The translations under genes were made by a program, and so were the position numbers. A stretch of DNA of 64,000 bases from Paraspadella gotoi (Eukaryota > Animalia > Chaetognatha), in assembly GCA_051294375.1 (NCBI GenBank), contig CM119263.1, positions 25,511,367 to 25,575,366 of the forward strand. The letters run 5' to 3'. Numbering within the stretch: position 1 is the stretch's first letter; every line of letters begins with the position of its first letter. Below the pieces are notes generated by a model. It ran no database searches. It was given only the letters and a program-made list of their open reading frames with translations, and was not told where the DNA came from. Below are positions 20,784 through 34,600 of this stretch, in pieces.

Positions 20784-23700
20784 ATGTCGTCGCGTCGTGA
20801 AGCGTTTAACGCACCTTCGTCTTTGCTCCCATATGAAGAGAATGCGTTGCTTTTCTCTCTTTTGGGTCAGAAGGTATAAGAGTAGATGGAAACTTGATTC
20901 TGTAATTGAAAACATTATTACGCAATATTAATACGTATATATATATACATATTATTATTACTCATGATTAACTTTCGTGCAAGCAACCATTAAATGAATT
21001 TAATGAATTTCATAAAGATTTCGCCTCTTTTGTTTCGCAGTGTCTGACCCTCGCTTCAGCTGTGGTGCAGCTTTACCTTACCGAAGCTCCTTCCCACTCG
21101 CGATGGGTGAAACGCGTTGTGGGCGTCGCCTGCTTCGTCAAAGACAGCAACTTCAGGTGTTTTTTTTTTGTTGTTGTAAATCAGATTTGAACCGCGTGGT
21201 GGCGCAGTTTCATTTAATCCAATCGCCTCCACCACTTTCGTCAACCCGATCCTCACTCATATCAGTCAACACCCCCTCAACCTCGTAGATCGTACTTTAT
21301 TCGCGTGTTCGACTTGGAATCACGATCGATGGCATGGGAACAAGAACTCTTTCATGTGAGTACGTATCTCTCTATCCCTATCCGAAGTCTGTAACCAAAT
21401 CCTTAATTTCAATCCCTAAACCCAGATCCCTAAGTCTCTATCCCTTAATTCGAAATCCTATTTCCTTACCCTGTTCCCTAACAAAATTCCTTACTTAAAC
21501 GTTAACCTAATCCAAAACCCTAAATTTTAACGATATTATCAACTTACCTAATTCCTAACCTTAGCAGTAGTGAGGAACTTATGAAAATACGTGGCAGATA
21601 AGTGTTTGTCAATCCAGTCGGCTTAGCAGCTCGGTCCTCCCGTAGTTTCAACCTGCTATGGTTCCATATGCGTACTTCGAAATATTCAAAAGTAATTTAT
21701 AAATAACTTTATTATAAATTATGCAAAATATCATATGAATAGTCCGACTTTTAACAGGGATTTGCGTATGAAGAGCAACGGAGTTTCTTCCATCACTTTG
21801 AAGTTGAGGACTCCGTAGCCGGACTCAACTTCGCCGATGACGACGAAGCATCTGCCTTTGCCGCGATCATCCAAGTTAGTTTGTCACATCTTTTCAACAA
21901 GGATCTTTCTCGATATCAAATTTTTATTGATTCCTCATAGACCTAGAAAACATTTGGCCTTATCTGATTCCTCATTTGTTTTCCAAGGAGAAGTTGGCTA
22001 CGCGAAGATCCGAAAGATCGAATTCGAAGACAAAATCTGGATCGCAACTGAAGAAGCTTCAAGAACAAAGAGCGCAAAATCATCGTAAGTCGAAAAAAAA
22101 AAACAAACTATTTTTTAAAACGCCCCATTTATGTTCCTAATCCCTGAATTTAATTTTAACCTAAACATTAAAGTGAATTTAAGAGATATAAGAAGGAAGA
22201 AAAGGAAAGTAAGAATTCAATGAGAGAATAGAGAGAGAAAAACCAAACCAAACAAGGAAACAATGGCGATAAGGAAAGCTGCTAAGAAGACAAAGAAATT
22301 TTATCTTCTTCTTTAATCTTTATTGAATTAGCCACTGCAGCTCGGTTTTGTTTATCTAATAGCGACGGAGAAAGAGACGGAAAAAACTCCTTATCAAGTC
22401 ACGACACCGCCTGACACCGCCTGACACCGATGGCACCGATAACGCTGTAGGAAAACCCCGCTCTCAACCGTTTTTTCAGATGCCAAAATCCCAAATCCCG
22501 CTTATTCTCCCCGAAATAGATGCCTCATTTCTACTACTAAGGGTTTCCCAATATTACACTCGAGTTTGGTCAATGGCCGACCAGTGACCGGTCAGCATCG
22601 ACATTTTTGTCGATTTTTCTTCTCGTTATGCGCATTAAAAAGAGTGTGGACGTTGCCGTTATGTTTCTTGGTTCCCTATGGTGGTTCATTATCAGGGTTA
22701 TGGCCACTTGTGAAGTAACTAATACATGTGCATAAAATATAACTAAAAATAATGGGATAAAAGGAAGAAAAATGGAGAAAAGGAAAGAATAGTAAAAAAA
22801 AGCAATATAAAGAGTCTGTGTTTTGTTTATATTTACAGCGCCACCCGTCGGGCCGCGTCAGACGCCGACTTCGCCCGTCGCCTTACCGGAGGTAACCCCA
22901 CTGTGTAAATAAGAGGATAAGCCGTTAATTTCCTCTATTTTTGCTTTATGGTGCATGGTGCATATAGTGATAATGAATCTCACTTTCTTTCCCAGTCTCC
23001 CGTCGCCGTCAAAAAAGTAAAGTCAACGAAGAAGGGAAAGAATGAGAAGAAAAAGAAGATCACTGCCGCAATGATTAGTCAACCCACGAATTTTCAACAT
23101 TTGAAAGGTTCTCCTCTTTTATTATTACTTTTCTACGCGAGTTGGTTAAGTTTAGTTGAGTTAAGTCTTGAGACCGTTTTGAGACTACCAGCCCTCCGAG
23201 CACAATTCGAGTAACAAAAGAGCACTAGGAAGACACTTTGAAGCTTTTTGTTTTTTAAAGGTGGCGACGCTCGCATTTTGAGAGTCTGAACGTGTTTTTT
23301 ATTTCACTGGGAGGAAAAAGAATAAAATGGGGGGAAAAAAAGCGGGGGAAAAAATGAAAGAACTCGAAAAAGTAAAAAAGAAAAAGCAGGAAAGAGCAAA
23401 GGAGAAGATTAAGAGAGATGTAAAGGTTGGAAATCCTTAAAAGAAAAACGAGAATTTGGAACCAACAATTCTAAAAATTGGGGAAGATATAATTTTAGCA
23501 CTGAGACGAGAAAGAAAATGCGTAGAACACGAAAGCGACGAAATCAATAATGTTCGCAAATCATTTGCATCCATGAGTAAATAACTTCGAGTGGAAAAAA
23601 AATTAAATCTATATATATAATATTGTATGAAATTGGTACAACTAATATAAAAATTATCCATTCATTTAATAAACAAGCTATCTTGACCCTGACTTTGGAC

Positions 23701-24093
23701 AGGCTTTGGTGGTTTAAGACCTTCATCACTCTTACAAGATAATGACATAGCAGGTTCCTGCGAGCTTTCAAACAAGACTCTCGCAGTCTTGCTTATTCAC
23801 TCCCAGAGTTCCTGGCTTCCTATATTATTGATCAATTAGAAACGGAGAAATAAATTAGTAACATATAATTATATAATTATAAATCAGTAATAGTTTTTTT
23901 AAATTTTTTCCTCGCCCAGGAATCAGTTTATCGAAAGGCGGCGCTGGAATGGTCGGGACAGGGCAGGGAGAGGAGGACATCTTCAAGGATGAAACGATGT
24001 TGAAAATGCTCAAGGTCGGAATACAATAAAAAATGGGCATAAATAAAAACAACTGTGGAAAAGAACCTCCACGCTTCGGGAAACTATGAAGCG

Positions 24094-24132
<39 letters not shown>

Positions 24133-24258
24133 ACTGGCCCTTAAGCATTATTAGACATAAGGACCTATTAGACGTACTCGATACTGTCCAGGGTCAAGTG
24201 TAATCATTTCTATTTTCTTTCTTTTCTCTCTCTCTCTTCTTCTCTCTCCTCTCTCTCT

Positions 24259-24319
<61 letters not shown>

Positions 24320-26153
24320 TGAATCTCGACGCTGACAAGATGGACGAGACGATTAAGACAGAAGTGAAGAAGGCGGTCGAGCAACAGGGTGGACTGGAAT
24401 ACGTCAGGAGAGAATTGCAGAAGGAGGAGGATCAGATGAATCAGGAGAGAAGGTCGGAACGGGAATGTGAGAATGTCTTCTTTCGTCTTGACTCGTAACG
24501 AGTGGACTCAGAACCTCATTCCTTTGATTATACGTATACCCTGTCAAGTTTTCTCCATACTTCAAACACTACGCGAGATGAGAATTACAACATTACCCCC
24601 CCGATCGATAGAATGAGGCAGAGTCGAATGCCTCGCGGCGCGCCGCTCCGCCGCCTACCAGTCGCCGTCCCGCACGTCCTCCGCCGCTGCATTCCGCTCC
24701 GCGCCGCCGCCGCCGCAACCGTCCGCGCACGACCGCGGCCCGCCTCCTCCTCCACCACCCCCACCCCCGCCGCCGCCTCCCGACCACGAAAGCGAGGACG
24801 AAGAGGCGCCGCTCACAGGTGGCCTTGTTTTTTTGACGATGAGAAAATTCATTAGGGAAATCAAGATAAGAAGGAAAAGAGAGATTGGGAGAAGCTACTA
24901 ATAGTGTTAGAATTTTAACTAATAATAAAAAGAAGAGTTGTCTCTTAATCGGTATCGGGAAATCTAAGGGATCAGGATTAAACAAAAACTTATTAATTTT
25001 ATATCGGATAAAAATAATCCCTACCTATGCCTATGCTGAGTTTGTTCAGGAAGAGAGAAAAAATTGTTTTCCCAAAATCTTGTTTGGCTTCCCTATTAAT
25101 TAATGTATTGCTTGAATTTGATGAAACTTTTACCAACCGCTTTAGCTTTTAATAAACTGTTATATTTCTGTTTTTTTAGAATTATACCTTCCAGCATGAT
25201 TTTTCTTTTCGTAAAAAAAGTGGGACATTATTTGCGTCGCAGTGTAGCACTTACCCTGATTAATGCCGGCCAAATGATCTGTGTTGTATCGTGCAGGGTT
25301 GGCGGCTCAGCTGGCGGCGCGTTCATTAAGATCGACGGCGAACAGGCCCGCGTCAAAATCGTCCGCCCCTCCAGGTAGCGCATGTATTCTGTATAGTATT
25401 ATGAACTTTGTACAACCAATATAAAAATTATCCATTCATTTAATAAATAATTTTATTTAATTGTGTTATCAATATCAACTGTTAACAAATGTGGTTATTT
25501 TCAGACTCGAGATCCCAAATGCTTACTGATATACGGAAGGGAGAGTTCGCCCTTAAGCCAGTCAAGGCGCGGGCATCCGAGGTAATAACTTTCATTTCGG
25601 CTCGCCGCAAATTAAAATCTAATCACAAACGTTGTCATCTTTCTCACTGGTCAGTATGTCAGTTATGTAATTTCCTTTCTTTTCGTGTACAAAGCAAATA
25701 ATTTTTTATTTCAACTAACAACAAGATAATTATTCAAACGGACATGTTTCAACTGTTTTCGAGTCTTCATCAGTGCTTTTGACCATAATTTGGTTAAAAT
25801 TTTTCAAAATGACAAAAAAACGCTCTGCTTTGTAAACGAAGTACGTCATTTAAAATTAATAGTAATATTAATAGTAATTATTAATAGTAATTATTAATTA
25901 ATAAATATTAATTAATAGTAATATTAATAGTAATATTGAACGAAAGTTTCACCACGGGTTTCTATTATAAATCCCGATTCCGTCCTTCTACTCTCAGGAA
26001 GAAGAGGACGACGAGCCCATGCTGACGGGCATCGGGCTTGCCATCGCCAACACTTTGCAACAAAAGTTGGGTGCCCGTCGGGTCGCCATGGAATCCTCCG
26101 AGGAGAGCGAAGGCGACGAGTACGACGAAGACGAATGGGACGACGACGACTAA
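20784..26153 (+). CDS. WASL: WASP/N-WASP family actin nucleation-promoting factor
   Basis: WH1 domain (NAPSSLLPYEENALLFSLLGQK|CLTLASAVVQLYL...VACFVKD, 20784-21156; FFHHFEVEDSVAGLNFADDDEA ~21760-21875). Basic region plus CRIB (KKKKITAAMISQPTNFQH ~23045-23108), poly-Pro exon (~24610-24818), WH2 (SRSQMLTDIRKGEFALKPV ~25505-25580) and an acidic tail ending EDEWDDDD* at 26153. Confidence 0.93.
25741..25773 (-). ncRNA. Hammerhead motif copy in a WASP intron
   Basis: The reverse complement reads CTGATGA-A-GACT/cgaaaac/AGTT-GAAACATGTC; stem I is not evident. Confidence 0.55.
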
Positions 26154-28300
26154 AGTCGATTGCGACAAGAAGTGTCGACGATGAGGTTGGGGAAAGTGTC
26201 TAGTCTGTAGTGGCCAGTCGTAGTCACGGGAGTCAATGTGACAATGTCGTCAAGTTTGTTGATCCATCTCAATTTGCTGGTTTTTCTCGGTTTCATTTTA
26301 TTTTTTGGTTGTTTTTGTTTTTTTTCGGTCAGAAGGTATGGATTAAACTGTTTTTAATTTAAGTTTTCGAGATTTATTTAAAAAGTTTTCGAAGCTCTAT
26401 GTTGGTCTATGGTCTAGTGTAGTTAGCCTACTAAATAAAAAAATTATTTGTAAAAGTTGCCACAATTCGTCGTATTAAAGCGAATTGATTCAAGCTTATT
26501 GCCAGATAAAACAAAACCTATTTTCTGTCAGCAATCAGAGTAATGGTAATTTCGTTATCAGTTCCTCTTGGCATCTTTAATCAAAATAACATGATGACCA
26601 CGAAAATTATTTTGAATATATACAGTATAAAAATATTAACCTATTTCCAGAAGACAACACTAACATCCCTCTCCCCATTACTTTATCAAATAATATACTT
26701 TATATAAAAAATATAATTAAATCTAATATATAGTGAAATAAATAAAAAAATTTTACATTTATTTTTAAATTCTAATTAAATAAAATTAAAAAAAATTAAA
26801 ACAAGTAATCTTGACATTTTTCATACATAAATTTCGAATGATAAAAAAATTGGATGATTTAAAATTGAACTACTCTCGTCATATCGAGTAGAGAGTTAAA
26901 TGATGGCCCCGATGAGACGATTCCCCGGGAAAAAGAAAAAAATCGATAGACTCATTGAGATTTTAGAGAACGACGACTTCATGAAGAAGAGAGTCGCGAA
27001 CAGAAGAGCGAAGACGGAATCGCAACTGCATCTAGTAACGAGACGCATTCTAAAAATCGATACGAAAATGCTGAAGAAATAAAGTCAATTCACGAATTTC
27101 TAAAGTCTATTCAAAGCTTTAAACATTTTTCTTTAAAAGTTATAAATTGTCCTCGCTATACAAGATTTTTTTTTTTTTTGTCTCCCCTCTCCGTTTAAGT
27201 TTTATCCGCTACCGAGAGCGCAAGAAACTGACGCATGAATCTCCTCCAAAGCTCATTAACACTTACTCTTTTTTTTTTTGCATAAAGACGGCTTGATTCA
27301 CGGCAATCACGGATTCACTTTTTTTGTTTAATAAATGAAGCTCAATTTTTTTGTTCACAGTAATCCTTGATAAAAAGTCACAATTTAACACGGAAATAAC
27401 AACAACAACAACTCCTGTTTTGCATTCAATTTAATTTTCACCAAAGTGAAGAAAGTTTTTTTTTTCTAAGGCCGAAGAACTGTCTGCACAGTGGAAAGGT
27501 CGGTTTTTCGTCAGTTTAAAACTAATTTTTTTGCACTTAGTTAATCCTGACCTTATTAGTATTGTAATCGTGACGTAATTTTTAGGATCCTTTTTGTGCT
27601 GACTCTTCTTTCTTTCGCCCTTTCCCTATTTTTTTATTGGAACTTTATTGTTTTCTTGCATATATAAGAATTTTTGGGTTAAATTTCGGATTAAACTTTA
27701 AAATCCTTTATAATCATTATTTGATAACTACAGTGTGTATTCTGTCCGTTAATGAAATCTTCCCTCTCATAGACCAGATAATAAAATTTAAATTTATAAT
27801 CATGCCTAAAGGAATTGGTAAAATCCGGAGATGCAGAAATAATTTTAGTTAGAGCTTTAATTATTTTATAATAAAGTATTCAGAATTTATACCTTTATCT
27901 ACTTACTTTCTTTATAGTACTTTTTTAGTTGATTTAATGATAATTTGTTAAAAAATAGCTATTTTTTTGTTCTTGTTTTATAAAATAATATCTAAATACC
28001 TATAAAAATTGTTGAATTAACTTATTTTTATAAAAGTTTTATCTTTTTACTCTAAATAAACATTTTTTTAATTAAGGCACTGATATTATCCATTGATACA
28101 CACTGCATTTTTTTGAAAAATATTTTTTCCTCAATCTCTCCGAATAGATTTTGACTTAATTCAACGATAGCAGCGAGAATTTTCTTCTGTCATCGACCAA
28201 CAACTTTTTTTTTTCTCTCAGCGCCACACAATGACTTCTCCCTCGAGGGCAAAGCGCCTGAACCTCGTCGATTACTAATTCTGTTAAAACAACCAGGACC

Positions 28301-30831
28301 ATGTGGAAAACCGTTGTTGTCCTGTCCTCCCTTTGGTCCCTCGGTTCCTCCGAATGTCAGATGGTGGACTGTTCAACATCCTTCGCCGCGCTCGTTGCCG
28401 ACAACTGGCTCAAACTACAACCGTGCAAGGACAACCCCAAGTTTTGCATCCCGGAGAAATGCTTTTGCGACGGTCTCGCTAATTGTTTGGAAGGAGGTTC
28501 GCTTTTTTTAAATCATGGAACAGAACGAAGCCCACTTGCATGATGAATATATTTTTTTGTCTCTAATCAGGAGATGAACGGGGTTGCGGAGAGGGTCACT
28601 TCTTCGCCTGCAGAGAGGGATATTGGAAATGTTCTGAAGGGTAAGGCCGAAAGAGGAAATTCGTCAAGCTCCCAGAAATATTAATTCGCTATGGAATTTC
28701 TCAAACTCCCGAAACCCTTATGGACGGGCTGAATAGTACGCGATGCATTCCCCGGTCGCGCAAGTGCGACTCGTTCCACGACTGCGCGGACGAATCGGAC
28801 GAATCGGCAGCGACGTGCGGACATGACCACGTCAAAAACCCGGACGACAGAAGACCGGGAGTCGGAGAATCGCACGGAGCGGAGAATGAGGAGGCGAACA
28901 AGGGAGGAGGTGCAAACAGGTGCGTAGATAATTACCGATGTAATTAGTACATGTTATTCGATTAATTATAGGCGAAGTAATTAGAAAAAACATTGTCATA
29001 AATATTATGAAAGAATGCCCAGATCGTTTTAACAATGTAAGTTTTAAGTATTAAAGCAAAAGATACAAAGTAATGGGTCGTTTAAAAGATTACTTGGTCC
29101 AGCGTGCTTAATATTTTGGGCATCACCTTGACGACTCTGGTGATGGTGGTGGGAATGCTCTCCGTCGGCATGATCATCGTTTGCATCGGTAAATGCTGCC
29201 GACGGAGGCAACAGAACCAACAAAATGAAGGGATGCCCGATTCTAGCATTATTTCACGACTTTCGGCGGTGACAGGTGAACCATGTTGAGGGAACAATTT
29301 GAGCAAACTATGCCGGATCTGCCCACGAAGATTAGCGGAAATAAATTAATTTATAAATTATTTAATTTATTAATTAATTAGTTAAAAGGAATAACATGGA
29401 ACATTATAACAAAAGCAAAATCAAATAGCGAATTAATTAATTTTTAATTAATTAATTATATATTTAATTATCTGAACTGGCATTGTTTACTCAAACTCAA
29501 AACAACGACGATGATGATGGCGACCACGACAACACCGATGATGACTAATTAATTGATTAATTTTTTGATTGAATAATTGATTGAATAATTAATTGATCAG
29601 TTCCGGCATTCTTTGCTCAAACTTGTTTGTTTTCGTCTTTTAGTTAAGACAAAAGAAACGACGACCATGATGATGATGACGACGACAACAACACCGACAT
29701 GATTAATAGAATGATTGATTGATTAATTAATTATCAGGCATTGAGTTAACAAACTTGTTTGTTTTTAGGTCTTTTTGTCAGGTCACTGACCAGGACAAAA
29801 GCAACAACGACGATTATGGCGACGACGACAATTATAACACAGACATTGTTTAATTGATTGATTGATTAATTCTTTTAAGAATTACATTGAGTACAATTTT
29901 TAATTAATAAAAAAATTGATTGATTAGTTGATAAATTGTATAATTTTTTGATTGATTAGTTTATTGAATATTTAATGCAGCTTGTATTTACATTTAATAA
30001 AAAAAGAAAGGAATTGGCGTTCAAATAGTGAAATATATTTTTTATTTTTTCCATTTTTTAACTCATTTTCACTTAGTCGATTCCATCGAAACTTGATTTC
30101 CTGCTCAATCACACACTTTCCTACAAAATTTTAAGTCAATCGCCCTATCCACTCATGTTCAAAACTAACGGGGACGGACAGACGGACATCAATTTTTTTT
30201 GTGAATAATTTATCATAATTAGATATTCTGAGATGATGGAGGTGACTTACCGACAATATTGTGGGGGTGGACCGACGAACCGACAAAGTAAATTATATGG
30301 ATTTTTTTGTTTTTAAAACGTAAGCGGGAGGCGCATGTGAAAACGGCGCGCAGAGCGTTGGTCAAAATCTGCTGCGTCTTCCGTTCTCCTTTATGCCTTC
30401 GACCAGCGGAGAGTCCCTCTTCAATCTCACAGCCCTTACCTCAGCACCACTCGGCAGCGAGTAAGCATTATATAAACCATTAAAATCATGTCCAGACTTA
30501 CGTTTGTTTAAATTTACAATCTGCGTAACGAAACAGGACTGCCGCATTGGACAATCAGAGCGTAGTCATGACGTCCCCTCCGCCTTACTCGGAGATCATC
30601 TTGACGCGACCTGACACGGCCAACGCGGAGTCGCAACCGACTGCAGGAGGCGTATCGGGGGAAGATTTAAGGACGTCCGATCGGTCGCCTGAAAAGCCGC
30701 CCGCGTACGCCGACATTTACGCTAAATTAGGCGATGATGCGGAAGTCCAAACGAATGCTACGACAGAATCTAGGGACGAAGCCGACGAAGAAATCCAACT
30801 CGCGGCCGTCCAAGAGGAGAGAGAGCGATAA
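28301..30831 (+). CDS. Single-pass membrane protein with two LDL-receptor class A repeats and cytoplasmic PPxY motifs (LDLRAD-like)
   Basis: Signal peptide MWKTVVVLSSLWSLGSS; LDLa motifs CIPEKCFCDGLANCLEGGDE and CIPRSRKCDSFHDCADESDE; TM segment ILGITLTTLVMVVGMLSVGMIIVCIG followed by KCCRRR; SPPPYSEI and KPPAYADI in the last exon. Confidence 0.8.
29293..30297 (-). mobile_element. HINE-like family 1 copy filling most of an LDLa-gene intron
   Basis: Reverse-complement 3' end AACAATTTGAGCAAACTATGCCGGATCTGCCC at 29293, internal duplications, GGACGGACAGAC tract and core near 30270. Confidence 0.7.
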
Positions 30832-31610
30832 AAATGTAATTATAATCGGGAGAAAAAGGTTAGCGGGAAATAAAAATGAAAAACATTTTAGATCTATAAA
30901 TATCGGTATCTTGTTTCCCTTTAGTTAAAATTTTTCTTTTACGTTATAAGTTACTAAATATTTATAGTCGACGCACGGCAGCAAATTAAAACTGGGCAAG
31001 ATGGAATTTCGACGACCGTAACCAACATTAGCTACGATTGATCAGCGATAACTTTTGTCTTCCCTCTAACGTCGAGTCTGTTTGCGCAGTATTATAAAGC
31101 ATATATATATTTATTTTTTTAAGTTTTTTTACATTTTTCGTAAAGTAAAAAAAAAGATTTCGTATTATTCGTAAGTAACTATGAATTTTATTTAAAATAA
31201 GCACCCCTTTTAATCAGTTTTTCATTAATTGATAAAAGAAAATCTTTATATTCAAATAAATATTTATAATTTTGTTTTAATTGCTATTAGTAGGGTAAGG
31301 GGTGGTTTTTCTGCTCTTACCAATATTTTTTTATTTTTTACGTAATAAAATTTCTATACGTCTCTCAGCGGAAAAAAATAAGCGACCGAAAAATTCCGGT
31401 CGGCGAGCGTAAATTTAGCCTAAAAACGTTTAAAATGAAATAAAATACTTAGATTGATGCGAGATAGCATTTAAATTTTAATGCAAAATTCATTATGAAA
31501 TGTTTATAATTACGATGCTACCCAGCTACAATAAAATATTGTAAATAGGAATGCAACAATAGGGAAAATGGACGGACAAAAAAAAAAAGATTATAATCAT
31601 AACGAACGCG

Positions 31611-34600
31611 CTACTTTTTCTTTTTTCCCTTCATCATATCCAGTTTGGCTTGAAATTCTTTCGCGCGCTCTCGATTTTTCTCTTCAAATTCCTGAATAGG
31701 AAATTGGGGTTTCGTTAAGAAATTACCCAGAATTAAACAACCCAGAATTAAACAACCACATAAGAATGAAGCCTCACCTTTTTTTCCTTTTCAAAGTTCT
31801 TTTTTTTAACCTCTTCCAATTGTTGAACCAGTCTATTCGTTCGCTTTTTCATTTCTCTGTTCTTTTGTTTAAAATTTAATTCAAGACTTTTCCCTTCCGC
31901 ATTCATCGAGCGTTTCTTTTTCCAATCGGCAACGCCCCCTTGACAGTTCCCGTCACTTTCTGCTCGAGACTGAGACGCCGACGAAAACGGGTCGCTTGAG
32001 GTCGTTGGTGATGATTCAGTTGTGCTCCGCGTTGGAGACTTTCGAGTAGCGATCGGCAACGCCTCAGTGCGGGAGTGAGCCTCGTTCACTAGTTTCTCCC
32101 GCGCCTCGATTCTTTTCCTAAAACGCTTTCCAGCTGCGCTTTCGTGGAATTCATCGGCGAGGCTCTTCGCTTGGCTTTCCTTGGCATAATCGTTATTGGA
32201 GTCGTAAAACCGGACCGAATATCCAGAGGTATCGTCGCCAACTCTTTGGTGGGGTTCCGTCGCTACTGGAAGTTTGGCATCAACGCCGAAAAAACTGTCC
32301 GCCGCCAGCCGCGAATGATCGTCCCCATCTCCAAGATCCGACCAATCTTTGTTACCGTCAAGCTCGTTGTTGTTAAGATCGCTGCTTCCAACAACATCGT
32401 CGGCATCCGCGGTCAGCAAAGCCCCAGAAGAGGTCGGAAGTGCTTCTAATCTGAAGAAAAGTAGAAAATAATGAAAACAAAAGTCGAAAAGAACAAAATA
32501 TTTAATAGGATTTCGTTACATACCTATCTCCAGCATAGTTCTCCACTTCGAGCTTTAGAATTTCCTTAAAGCCAACAGAGTCGTCGAGCTCTTCGTCCAA
32601 AGGGTAGGATGAGAGATCTATGGTTAAGTCACCTTCGGCCAACGTGTCTCCGTCGGAGTCGTCCGTCATCGTTTCCAGCGCGGAAGCTTCGTGCCTCTCG
32701 AATGAAATCAGCGATTCATTCAAAAGCGTCGAATTCGAGTCTGTGATATAAATAGATGTGAGATACTAACGGAGCAATAAAAAGAGGCGATCGGGTCGAT
32801 CCATTACTTCTTTTTTAAATGACCTTTAAGCTCGAAGTCTTTCGTAGGCGTCGACAGGCATATAGATTTAGGAGGAGGCGTTGGAGGTCGGGGATGTCGA
32901 GGGGGAGATCTCGACACTGGTGGCGGAACTCTGCAAAACAATTTTTAAGTAATATTGATTGGAGAAAAAAGAACTAGATTTCTCTAAACAGAAATTAAAC
33001 AATACTTAATAATTTTATAAATCATATGATAATCTCATTTGTTGTAACCTTTTCAGCGCTTGTTTTGAAGGCGGTTGTCTATCGGTTGACCGTTGCAACG
33101 ACGACACAAGATTCGTGTAAGCAGAACTAGGGACAAGCAAACTGTTGGACACTTGATCTTTCGGCGGTTCGTTAGTCATTTGTTTGTTTCCAACTTGAAG
33201 CGGTGGATATAATTCCGAGCCTTCGGAACTTTCTGACGCATATGAGGCGATCGAGACATCCGTAATTCCGAAGCTCGCCGAGTCCGCCAACGTTTGTAGT
33301 CGCGCGTCCACGTGTTCCTCGCCAAAACACTCGACAGCTACAGAGGATGAATGGTCTGCCTGAGAAGGATGATTGATAGATATGCCGTCCGGACATCGAA
33401 GTGATTGATCACACGACGTCGAGTCTTCCAGATTCTCGGGAACCGGCGAAATCTTTGGAGCAGAACCGTAAGCTGACCGGAGCTGCCGCCACCATTGTCT
33501 CGCCACGGCCTCGTTTCCTGAATAATCGGTCTAATAATCGAAATGTCCCAACTTATAAGACTCAAAACTTACCGGTAGTAGATTCCACAAGTTGTAGGAC
33601 GTATTCCTCTGGGAGCACTTTCGGAAGATCCAAAAATGAAACGGAGGAGACGGCGCTGACTTGCGAAGAATTAGTTGGCGATAGCCTTGCCTCTTTGCCC
33701 CCATTGACAGTTACGAGGGAAGACCGCACTTTTGTTGTATCAGTGGATGTATCACTAAATAAAATTTCATCGTTCTTTAAACCTGGAATCAAGACTTCAA
33801 AACATACATCATCATAATACTATATTCAAATTTACCTTTTCATTTCGAGATACATCGAGGATCGATCGCCTAAAAAATGTAACAAAAATTATTCGTAATG
33901 TCACCTTCGAACTTTTAAAACTAAAAGGAAGCAGCACGTTCGATCGATTCGAGCAACTATTAATATTTCCAAAATCTAACCACTTGATATGTTTACTTTA
34001 GGCTTGAGAACTCTTAGAAGACGTAATAAGCTTGTACATACTGACTAAGGATGAAGAAAATAAACACAGTCACGATTTTTAAGGTTTGCAGGGAGTGGTT
34101 TAACGGCAAAGTCACGGCAGAATTTGAGAAGCTTAATATTTGATATAAATTTGTTGTGGGCATGGCAAAGTTCACCCCGCCTGCAAATATAGCATTTTAA
34201 GTCATAACTCAGTGGTTTATTGAGTAAAACCAACTCATACGGCTTCAATCCCAAGCCGATCGCAAATAAATGGGAAGTGTGAGGACGGCCATAGACCGTT
34301 TCGGCGGCATGGAAAACCCAAAAACCTGGTATAAAGCCCAGGACCTGTTCCAAAGCTTGCGACGGGTTAAAAAAAATTAAAGAGACCTCAATCCAGTTAA
34401 TGGCTTACCCACAAAATATATAAAAATAAAATGAAAAAATCGTTTAAATTATAAAAAAAAACTATACCATTGGCCTTGAGGATGAGTTTAAACAATATTA
34501 CAATTAAAAAATTTTTTTCTCTTTCTTATAAAAAGAAAAAAAATATAGGTTGGCGACAGCTACCGCCGCGACAAATTTCAAATAAGTGCAATGAAATTTT

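Noticed and set aside
21395-21565. Degenerate CCCTAA/CCTAAC runs (also 1310-1370) as interstitial telomere
   Set aside because: Too degenerate, with no tandem perfect units; such tracts are common inside non-autonomous repeats.
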